Origin: the human T2T-CHM13v2.0 reference genome, Homo sapiens
Assembly (NCBI RefSeq): GCF_009914755.1
Contig: NC_060927.1
DNA: 64,000 nt
Direction: 5' to 3' (one strand)
Part shown: piece after piece, positions 26,501 through 38,500 of the stretch
How the letters are laid out: every line of letters starts with the position of its first letter
Numbering within the stretch: the first letter of the stretch is position 1
Made by a program: the position numbers and the translations under genes
The notes under the pieces: generated by a model
Database searches by the model: none
What the model was told of the DNA's origin: nothing
What the model saw: the letters and a program-made list of their open reading frames with translations, nothing else

Positions 26501-29500
26501 CAAGAAGAGTGTTTCCAAACTGCTCTATGAAAAGAAACGTTAAACTCTGTGAGTTGAACGCAAACATCACAAAGTAGTTTCTGAGAATGACTCCGTCTAG
26601 TTTTTATACGAAGATATTTCCTTTTCTACCGTTGGCCTCAAAGCGCTTGAAGTCTCCCCCTGAAAATTCCACAAAAAGTGTTTCCAATCTGCTCCGCCTA
26701 AAGGAAGCTTCAACTCTGTGAGTTGAATACCCACAACACAAAGAAGTTACTGAGAATTCTTCTGTCTCGCATTATAGGAAGAAATCCCGTTTCCAACGAA
26801 GGCCTCAAATACATCCACATATCCAGTTGCTGACTTTACAAACTGAGTGTTTCCAAACTGCTCTATGAAAAGAAAGGTTAAACACTGTGAGTTGAACACA
26901 CACGTACCAAAGTAGTTTCTGAGAATGATTCTGTCTAGTTTGCATACAAAGATATTTCCTTTTCTACCACTGGCCTCAAAGCTTTGAAATCTCCACTTGC
27001 AAATTCCACAAAAAGAGAGTTTCAAATCTGCTGTTTCTAAAGGAAAGTTCAACTCTGAGAGTTGAATACACACCAGAAAAAGCAGTTACTGAGAAGTCTT
27101 CTGTCTAGCATTATATGAAGAAATCCCATTTCCAAAGAAGACTTCAAACAGGTCCAAATATCCACTTGCAGATTCCGCAAAAAGAGTGTTTCGAAACAAC
27201 TGTATGAAAAGAAAGGTTAAACACTGTGAGTTGAACGCACCCATTGCAAAGCATTTTCTGACAATGATTCCGTCTAATTATTATACGAAGGTATTTCCTT
27301 TTCTACCATGGGCCTCAAAGCGCTTGATACCTCCACCTGAAAATTCCACAAAAAGAGTGTTTCCAATCTACTCTGTCTAAAGGAACGTTCAACTCTGTGA
27401 GTTGAATACACACACACAGAAAGAATTCACTGAGAATTATTCTGTCTGGCATTACATGAAGAAATCCCGTTTCCAACGAAGGCCTCAAAGAGGTCCAAAT
27501 ATCCACTTGCAGATTCTGCAAAAAGAGTGTTTCAAAACCGCTCTATTAAAAGGAATGTTGAACTCTGTGAGTTGAATGCAAACATCACAACTCAGTTTCT
27601 GAGAATGCTTCTGACTAGATTTTATGGTAAGATATTTCCTTTTCTACCGTAGGCTTCAATGCCCTCTAAATACACCCTTGCAAATTCTACAAAGAGACTG
27701 TTTAATAACTGCTCTATAGGAAGAAAGGTTGAACTCTGTGAGTTGAATGCAGAGATCACAACGTGGTTTCTGCGAATGATTCTTTGTAGTTTTTACATGA
27801 AGATATTTCGTTGTCTACCGTAGGCTTCAAAGCACTCAAAGTATTCACTTGGAACTTTTACAAAAAGAGTGTTAGAAAACTGCTCTTTCCAAAGTAAGGT
27901 TCAACTCTGTGAGTTGAATGCACACATAACAAACAAGAAGTTTCTGAGAATCCTTCTGTCCTGGTTTATATGAAAAAATCCCGTTTCCAACGAAGGCCTC
28001 AAAGACGTTTAAATATCCACTTGCAGACTTCACAAACAGAGTGTTTCCAAACTGCTCTATGAAAAGAAAGGTTAAACTCTGTGAGTTGAACGCACACATC
28101 ACAAAGTAGTTTCTGAGAATGATACTGTCTAGTTTTTATACGGAGATATTTCCTTTCCTTCCATTGGCGTCAAAGCGCTAGAATTCTCCACTTGCAAATT
28201 CCACAAAAAGAGTGTTTCCAATCTGCTCTGTCTAAAGGAAGGTTCAACTCTGTGAGTTGAATACACACACACAAAGAAGCTACTGAGAATTCTTTTGTCA
28301 AGAATTATAAGAAGAAATCCCGTTTCCAACGAAGGCCTCAAAGAGTTCCAAATATCCACTTGCACACTGTACAAACTAAGTCTTTCCAAACTGCTCTATG
28401 CAAAGAAATGTTCAACTCTGTGAGTTTAATGCACACATCACAAAGCAGTTTCTGAGAATGATTCCGTCTAGTTTTTATACGAAGATAGCCTTTTCTACCA
28501 TTGGCCTCAAGGCTCTTGAAATCTCCACCTGAAAATTCCGCAAAAAGCGTGTTTCCAATCCGCTCTGTCTAAAGGAAGGTTCAACTCTCTGAGTTGAATA
28601 CATACATCCCAAAAGAAGTTACTGCGAATTCTTCTGTCTAGCATTATGTGAAGAAATCCCGTTTCCAACGAAAGCCTCCAAGAGGTCCAAATATCCAGTT
28701 GCAGAATTTACAAACTGACTGTTTCCAAACTCATCTATGAAAAGAAAGGTTAAACTCTGTGAGTTGAATGCACATATCACAAAGTAGTTCCTGAGAATGA
28801 TTCTGTCTAGTTTTTATACGAAGATATTTCCTTTTCCACCAATGGCCTCAAAGTGCTTGAAATCTCCCCTTGCAAATTCCACAGAAAAGTGTTTCAAATC
28901 TGCACTGTCTAAAGGAAGGTTCAACCCTGTGAGTTGAATACACACACACAGAAAAAAATTCACTGAGAATTCTATTGTCTATCATTACACGAAGAAATCC
29001 CGTTTACTACGAAGGCCTCAAAGAGGTCCAAATATCCAGCTGCAGACATTACAAACTGAGTGTTTCCAAAGTGCTCTATGAAAAGAAGTGTTAAACACTG
29101 TGAGTTCAATGCACACATCCCAAAGCAGTTTCTGAGAATGATTCCGTCTATTTTTTCTACGAAGATATTTCCTTTTCTACCGTTGGCCTCAAAGCGCTTG
29201 AAATCTCCACTTGCAAATTCCACGAAAAGAGAGTTTCAAATCTGCTCTGTCTAAAGGAAGGTTCCACTCTGTGAGTTGAATACACACCACAAAAAGAAGT
29301 TACTGAGAATTCTTCTGTCTAGCATTATATGAAAAATCCCGTTTCCAACGAAGGCCACAAAGAGGTCCAAATATCCACTTGCAGATTCTGCAAAAAGAGT
29401 GTTTCCAAACTGCTCTATGAAAAGAAACGTTAAACTCTGTGAGTTGAACGCAAACATCACAAAGTAGTTTCTGAGAATGACTCCGTCTAGTTTTTATACG

Positions 29501-32500
29501 AAGATATTTCCTTTTCTACCGTTGGCCTCAAAGCGCTTGAAGTCTCCCCCTGAAAATTCCACAAAAAGTGTTTCCAATCTGCTCCGCCTAAAGGAAGCTT
29601 CAACTCTGTGAGTTGAATACCCACAACACAAAGAAGTTACTGAGAATTCTTCTGTCTCGCATTATAGGAAGAAATCCCGTTTCCAACGAAGGCCTCAAAT
29701 ACATCCACATATCCAGTTGCTGACTTTACAAACTGAGTGTTTCCAAACTGCTCTATGAAAAGAAAGGTTAAACACTGTGAGTTGAACACACACGTACCAA
29801 AGTAGTTTCTGAGAATGATTCTGTCTAGTTTGCATACAAAGATATTTCCTTTTCTACCACTGGCCTCAAAGCTTTGAAATCTCCACTTGCAAATTCCACA
29901 AAAAGAGAGTTTCAAATCTGCTGTTTCTAAAGGAAAGTTCAACTCTGAGAGTTGAATACACACCAGAAAAAGCAGTTACTGAGAAGTCTTCTGTCTAGCA
30001 TTATATGAAGAAATCCCATTTCCAAAGAAGACTTCAAACAGGTCCAAATATCCACTTGCAGATTCCGCAAAAAGAGTGTTTCGAAACAACTGTATGAAAA
30101 GAAAGGTTAAACACTGTGAGTTGAACGCACCCATTGCAAAGCATTTTCTGACAATGATTCCGTCTAATTATTATACGAAGGTATTTCCTTTTCTATCATG
30201 GGCCTCAAAGCGCTTGATACCTCCACCTGAAAATTCCACAAAAAGAGTGTTTCCAATCTACTCTGTCTAAAGGAACGTTCAACTCTGTGAGTTGAATACA
30301 CACACACAGAAAGAATTCACTGAGAATTCTTCTGTCTGGCATTACATGAAGAAATCCCGTTTCCAACGAAGGCCTCAAAGAGGTCCAAATATCCACTTGC
30401 AGATTCTGCAAAAAGAGTGTTTCAAAACCGCTCTATTAAAAGGAATGTTGAACTCTGTGAGTTGAATGCAAACATCACAACTCAGTTTCTGAGAATGCTT
30501 CTGACTAGATTTTATGGTAAGATATTTCCTTTTCTACCGTAGGCTTCAATGCCCTCTAAATACACCCTTGCAAATTCTACAAAGAGACTGTTTAATAACT
30601 GCTCTATAGGAAGAAAGGTTGAACTCTGTGAGTTGAATGCAGAGATCACAACGTGGTTTCTGCGAATGATTCTTTGTAGTTTTTACATGAAGATATTTCG
30701 TTGTCTACCGTAGGCTTCAAAGCACTCAAAGTATTCACTTGGAACTTTTACAAAAAGAGTGTTAGAAAACTGCTCTTTCCAAAGTAAGGTTCAACTCTGT
30801 GAGTTGAATGCACACATAACAAACAAGAAGTTTCTGAGAATCCTTCTGTCCTGGTTTATATGAAAAAATCCTGTTTCCAACGAAGGCCTCAAAGACGTTT
30901 AAATATCCACTTGCAGACTTCACAAACAGAGTGTTTCCAAACTGCTCTATGAAAAGAAAGGTTAAACTCTGTGAGTTGAACGCACACATCACAAAGTAGT
31001 TTCTGAGAATGATACTGTCTAGTTTTTATACGGAGATATTTCCTTTCCTTCCATTGGCGTCAAAGCGCTAGAATTCTCCACTTGCAAATTCCACAAAAAG
31101 AGTGTTTCCAATCTGCTCTGTCTAAAGGAAGGTTCAACTCTGTGAGTTGAATACACACACACAAAGAAGCTACTGAGAATTCTTTTGTCAAGAATTATAA
31201 GAAGAAATCCCGTTTCCAACGAAGGCCTCAAAGAGTTCCAAATATCCACTTGCACACTGTACAAACTAAGTCTTTCCAAACTGCTCTATGCAAAGAAATG
31301 TTCAACTCTGTGAGTTTAATGCACACATCACAAAGCAGTTTCTGAGAATGATTCCGTCTAGTTTTTATACGAAGATAGCCTTTTCTACCATTGGCCTCAA
31401 GGCTCTTGAAATCTCCACCTGAAAATTCCGCAAAAAGCGTGTTTCCAATCCGCTCTGTCTAAAGGAAGGTTCAACTCTCTGAGTTGAATACATACATCCC
31501 AAAAGAAGTTACTGCGAATTCTTCTGTCTAGCATTATGTGAAGAAATCCCGTTTCCAACGAAAGCCTCCAAGAGGTCCAAATATCCAGTTGCAGAATTTA
31601 CAAACTGACTGTTTCCAAACTCATCTATGAAAAGAAAGGTTAAACTCTGTGAGTTGAATGCACATATCACAAAGTAGTTCCTGAGAATGATTCTGTCTAG
31701 TTTTTATACGAAGATATTTCCTTTTCCACCAATGGCCTCAAAGTGCTTGAAATCTCCCCTTGCAAATTCCACAGAAAAGTGTTTCAAATCTGCACTGTCT
31801 AAAGGAAGGTTCAACCCTGTGAGTTGAATACACACACACAGAAAAAAATTCACTGAGAATTCTATTGTCTATCATTACACGAAGAAATCCCGTTTACTAC
31901 GAAGGCCTCAAAGAGGTCCAAATATCCAGCTGCAGACATTACAAACTGAGTGTTTCCAAAGTGCTCTATGAAAAGAAGTGTTAAACACTGTGAGTTCAAT
32001 GCACACATCCCAAAGCAGTTTCTGAGAATGATTCCGTCTATTTTTTCTACGAAGATATTTCCTTTTCTACCGTTGGCCTCAAAGCGCTTGAAATCTCCAC
32101 TTGCAAATTCCACGAAAAGAGAGTTTCAAATCTGCTCTGTCTAAAGGAAGGTTCCACTCTGTGAGTTGAATACACACCACAAAAAGAAGTTACTGAGAAT
32201 TCTTCTGTCTAGCATTATATGAAAAATCCCGTTTCCAACGAAGGCCACAAAGAGGTCCAAATATCCACTTGCAGATTCTGCAAAAAGAGTGTTTCCAAAC
32301 TGCTCTATGAAAAGAAACGTTAAACTCTGTGAGTTGAACGCAAACATCACAAAGTAGTTTCTGAGAATGACTCCGTCTAGTTTTTATACGAAGATATTTC
32401 CTTTTCTACCGTTGGCCTCAAAGCGCTTGAAGTCTCCCCCTGAAAATTCCACAAAAAGTGTTTCCAATCTGCTCCGCCTAAAGGAAGCTTCATCTCTGTG

Positions 32501-35500
32501 AGTTGAATACCCACAACACAAAGAAGTTACTGAGAATTCTTCTGTCTCGCATTATATGAAGAAATCCCGTTTCCAACGAAGGCCTCAAATACATCCACAT
32601 ATCCAGTTGCTGACTTTACAAACTGAGTGTTTCCAAACTGCTCTATGAAAAGAAAGGTTAAACACTGTGAGTTGAACACACACGTACCAAAGTAGTTTCT
32701 GAGAATGATTCTGTCTAGTTTGCATACAAAGATATTTCCTTTTCTACCACTGGCCTCAAAGCTTTGAAATCTCCACTTGCAAATTCCACAAAAAGAGAGT
32801 TTCAAATCTGCTGTTTCTAAAGGAAAGTTCAACTCTGAGAGTTGAATACACACCAGAAAAAGCAGTTACTGAGAAGTCTTCTGTCTAGCATTATATGAAG
32901 AAATCCCATTTCCAAAGAAGACTTCAAACAGGTCCAAATATCCACTTGCAGATTCTGCAAAAAGAGTGTTTCGAAACAACTGTATGAAAAGAAAGGTTAA
33001 ACACTGTGAGTTGAACGCACCCATTGCAAAGCATTTTCTGACAATGATTCTGTCTAATTATTATACGAAGGTATTTCCTTTTCTATCATGGGCCTCAAAG
33101 CGCTTGATACCTCCACCTGAAAATTCCACAAAAAGAGTGTTTCCAATCTACTCTGTCTAAAGGAACGTTCAACTCTGTGAGTTGAATACACACACACAGA
33201 AAGAATTCACTGAGAATTCTTCTGTCTGGCATTACATGAAGAAATCCCGTTTCCAACGAAGGCCTCAAAGAGGTCCAAATATCCACTTGCAGATTCTGCA
33301 AAAAGAGTGTTTCAAAACCGCTCTATTAAAAGGAATGTTGAACTCTGTGAGTTGAATGCAAACATCACAACTCAGTTTCTGAGAATGCTTCTGACTAGAT
33401 TTTATGGTAAGATATTTCCTTTTCTACCGTAGGCTTCAATGCCCTCTAAATACACCCTTGCAAATTCTACAAAGAGACTGTTTAATAACTGCTCTATAGG
33501 AAGAAAGGTTGAACTCTGTGAGTTGAATGCAGAGATCACAACGTGGTTTCTGCGAATGATTCTTTGTAGTTTTTACATGAAGATATTTCGTTGTCTACCG
33601 TAGGCTTCAAAGCACTCAAAGTATTCACTTGGAACTTTTACAAAAAGAGTGTTAGAAAACTGCTCTTTCCAAAGTAAGGTTCAACTCTGTGAGTTGAATG
33701 CACACATAACAAACAAGAAGTTTCTGAGAATCCTTCTGTCCTGGTTTATATGAAAAAATCCTGTTTCCAACGAAGGCCTCAAAGACGTTTAAATATCCAC
33801 TTGCAGACTTCACAAACAGAGTGTTTCCAAACTGCTCTATGAAAAGAAAGGTTAAACTCTGTGAGTTGAACGCACACATCACAAAGTAGTTTCTGAGAAT
33901 GATACTGTCTAGTTTTTATACGGAGATATTTCCTTTCCTTCCATTGGCGTCAAAGCGCTAGAATTCTCCACTTGCAAATTCCACAAAAAGAGTGTTTCCA
34001 ATCTGCTCTGTCTAAAGGAAGGTTCAACTCTGTGAGTTGAATACACACACACAAAGAAGCTACTGAGAATTCTTTTGTCAAGAATTATAAGAAGAAATCC
34101 CGTTTCCAACGAAGGCCTCAAAGAGTTCCAAATATCCACTTGCACACTGTACAAACTAAGTCTTTCCAAACTGCTCTATGCAAAGAAATGTTCAACTCTG
34201 TGAGTTTAATGCACACATCACAAAGCAGTTTCTGAGAATGATTCCGTCTAGTTTTTATACGAAGATAGCCTTTTCTACCATTGGCCTCAAGGCTCTTGAA
34301 ATCTCCACCTGAAAATTCCGCAAAAAGCGTGTTTCCAATCCGCTCTGTCTAAAGGAAGGTTCAACTCTCTGAGTTGAATACATACATCCCAAAAGAAGTT
34401 ACTGCGAATTCTTCTGTCTAGCATTATGTGAAGAAATCCCGTTTCCAACGAAAGCCTCCAAGAGGTCCAAATATCCAGTTGCAGAATTTACAAACTGACT
34501 GTTTCCAAACTCATCTATGAAAAGAAAGGTTAAACTCTGTGAGTTGAATGCACATATCACAAAGTAGTTCCTGAGAATGATTCTGTCTAGTTTTTATACG
34601 AAGATATTTCCTTTTCCACCAATGGCCTCAAAGTGCTTGAAATCTCCCCTTGCAAATTCCACAGAAAAGTGTTTCAAATCTGCACTGTCTAAAGGAAGGT
34701 TCAACCCTGTGAGTTGAATACACACACACAGAAAAAAATTCACTGAGAATTCTATTGTCTATCATTACACGAAGAAATCCCGTTTACTACGAAGGCCTCA
34801 AAGAGGTCCAAATATCCAGCTGCAGACATTACAAACTGAGTGTTTCCAAAGTGCTCTATGAAAAGAAGTGTTAAACACTGTGAGTTCAATGCACACATCC
34901 CAAAGCAGTTTCTGAGAATGATTCCGTCTATTTTTTCTACGAAGATATTTCCTTTTCTACCGTTGGCCTCAAAGCGCTTGAAATCTCCACTTGCAAATTC
35001 CACGAAAAGAGAGTTTCAAATCTGCTCTGTCTAAAGGAAGGTTCCACTCTGTGAGTTGAATACACACCACAAAAAGAAGTTACTGAGAATTCTTCTGTCT
35101 AGCATTATATGAAAAATCCCGTTTCCAACGAAGGCCCCAAAGAGGTCCAAATATCCACTTGCAGATTCTGCAAAAAGAGTGTTTCCAAACTGCTCTATGA
35201 AAAGAAACGTTAAACTCTGTGAGTTGAACGCAAACATCACAAAGTAGTTTCTGAGAATGACTCCGTCTAGTTTTTATACGAAGATATTTCCTTTTCTACC
35301 GTTGGCCTCAAAGCGCTTGAAGTCTCCCCCTGAAAATTCCACAAAAAGTGTTTCCAATCTGCTCCGCCTAAAGGAAGCTTCAACTCTGTGAGTTGAATAC
35401 CCACAACACAAAGAAGTTACTGAGAATTCTTCTGTCTCGCATTATAGGAAGAAATCCCGTTTCCAACGAAGGCCTCAAATACATCCACATATCCAGTTGC

Positions 35501-38500
35501 TGACTTTACAAACTGAGTGTTTCCAAACTGCTCTATGAAAAGAAAGGTTAAACACTGTGAGTTGAACACACACGTACCAAAGTAGTTTCTGAGAATGATT
35601 CTGTCTAGTTTGCATACAAAGATATTTCCTTTTCTACCACTGGCCTCAAAGCTTTGAAATCTCCACTTGCAAATTCCACAAAAAGAGAGTTTCAAATCTG
35701 CTGTTTCTAAAGGAAAGTTCAACTCTGAGAGTTGAATACACACCAGAAAAAGCAGTTACTGAGAAGTCTTCTGTCTAGCATTATATGAAGAAATCCCATT
35801 TCCAAAGAAGACTTCAAACAGGTCCAAATATCCACTTGCAGATTCCGCAAAAAGAGTGTTTCGAAACAACTGTATGAAAAGAAAGGTTAAACACTGTGAG
35901 TTGAACGCACCCATTGCAAAGCATTTTCTGACAATGATTCCGTCTAATTATTATACGAAGGTATTTCCTTTTCTACCATGGGCCTCAAAGCGCTTGATAC
36001 CTCCACCTGAAAATTCCACAAAAAGAGTGTTTCCAATCTACTCTGTCTAAAGGAACGTTCAACTCTGTGAGTTGAATACACACACACAGAAAGAATTCAC
36101 TGAGAATTATTCTGTCTGGCATTACATGAAGAAATCCCGTTTCCAACGAAGGCCTCAAAGAGGTCCAAATATCCACTTGCAGATTCTGCAAAAAGAGTGT
36201 TTCAAAACCGCTCTATTAAAAGGAATGTTGAACTCTGTGAGTTGAATGCAAACATCACAACTCAGTTTCTGAGAATGCTTCTGACTAGATTTTATGGTAA
36301 GATATTTCCTTTTCTACCGTAGGCTTCAATGCCCTCTAAATACACCCTTGCAAATTCTACAAAGAGACTGTTTAATAACTGCTCTATAGGAAGAAAGGTT
36401 GAACTCTGTGAGTTGAATGCAGAGATCACAACGTGGTTTCTGCGAATGATTCTTTGTAGTTTTTACATGAAGATATTTCGTTGTCTACCGTAGGCTTCAA
36501 AGCACTCAAAGTATTCACTTGGAACTTTTACAAAAAGAGTGTTAGAAAACTGCTCTTTCCAAAGTAAGGTTCAACTCTGTGAGTTGAATGCACACATAAC
36601 AAACAAGAAGTTTCTGAGAATCCTTCTGTCCTGGTTTATATGAAAAAATCCCGTTTCCAACGAAGGCCTCAAAGACGTTTAAATATCCACTTGCAGACTT
36701 CACAAACAGAGTGTTTCCAAACTGCTCTATGAAAAGAAAGGTTAAACTCTGTGAGTTGAACGCACACATCACAAAGTAGTTTCTGAGAATGATACTGTCT
36801 AGTTTTTATACGGAGATATTTCCTTTCCTTCCATTGGCGTCAAAGCGCTAGAATTCTCCACTTGCAAATTCCACAAAAAGAGTGTTTCCAATCTGCTCTG
36901 TCTAAAGGAAGGTTCAACTCTGTGAGTTGAATACACACACACAAAGAAGCTACTGAGAATTCTTTTGTCAAGAATTATAAGAAGAAATCCCGTTTCCAAC
37001 GAAGGCCTCAAAGAGTTCCAAATATCCACTTGCACACTGTACAAACTAAGTCTTTCCAAACTGCTCTATGCAAAGAAATGTTCAACTCTGTGAGTTTAAT
37101 GCACACATCACAAAGCAGTTTCTGAGAATGATTCCGTCTAGTTTTTATACGAAGATAGCCTTTTCTACCATTGGCCTCAAGGCTCTTGAAATCTCCACCT
37201 GAAAATTCCGCAAAAAGCGTGTTTCCAATCCGCTCTGTCTAAAGGAAGGTTCAACTCTCTGAGTTGAATACATACATCCCAAAAGAAGTTACTGCGAATT
37301 CTTCTGTCTAGCATTATGTGAAGAAATCCCGTTTCCAACGAAAGCCTCCAAGAGGTCCAAATATCCAGTTGCAGAATTTACAAACTGACTGTTTCCAAAC
37401 TCATCTATGAAAAGAAAGGTTAAACTCTGTGAGTTGAATGCACATATCACAAAGTAGTTCCTGAGAATGATTCTGTCTAGTTTTTATACGAAGATATTTC
37501 CTTTTCCACCAATGGCCTCAAAGTGCTTGAAATCTCCCCTTGCAAATTCCACAGAAAAGTGTTTCAAATCTGCACTGTCTAAAGGAAGGTTCAACCCTGT
37601 GAGTTGAATACACACACACAGAAAAAAATTCACTGAGAATTCTATTGTCTATCATTACACGAAGAAATCCCGTTTACTACGAAGGCCTCAAAGAGGTCCA
37701 AATATCCAGCTGCAGACATTACAAACTGAGTGTTTCCAAAGTGCTCTATGAAAAGAAGTGTTAAACACTGTGAGTTCAATGCACACATCCCAAAGCAGTT
37801 TCTGAGAATGATTCCGTCTATTTTTTCTACGAAGATATTTCCTTTTCTACCGTTGGCCTCAAAGCGCTTGAAATCTCCACTTGCAAATTCCACGAAAAGA
37901 GAGTTTCAAATCTGCTCTGTCTAAAGGAAGGTTCCACTCTGTGAGTTGAATACACACCACAAAAAGAAGTTACTGAGAATTCTTCTGTCTAGCATTATAT
38001 GAAAAATCCCGTTTCCAACGAAGGCCCCAAAGAGGTCCAAATATCCACTTGCAGATTCTGCAAAAAGAGTGTTTCCAAACTGCTCTATGAAAAGAAACGT
38101 TAAACTCTGTGAGTTGAACGCAAACATCACAAAGTAGTTTCTGAGAATGACTCCGTCTAGTTTTTATACGAAGATATTTCCTTTTCTACCGTTGGCCTCA
38201 AAGCGCTTGAAGTCTCCCCCTGAAAATTCCACAAAAAGTGTTTCCAATCTGCTCCGCCTAAAGGAAGCTTCAACTCTGTGAGTTGAATACCCACAACACA
38301 AAGAAGTTACTGAGAATTCTTCTGTCTCGCATTATAGGAAGAAATCCCGTTTCCAACGAAGGCCTCAAATACATCCACATATCCAGTTGCTGACTTTACA
38401 AACTGAGTGTTTCCAAACTGCTCTATGAAAAGAAAGGTTAAACACTGTGAGTTGAACACACACGTACCAAAGTAGTTTCTGAGAATGATTCTGTCTAGTT

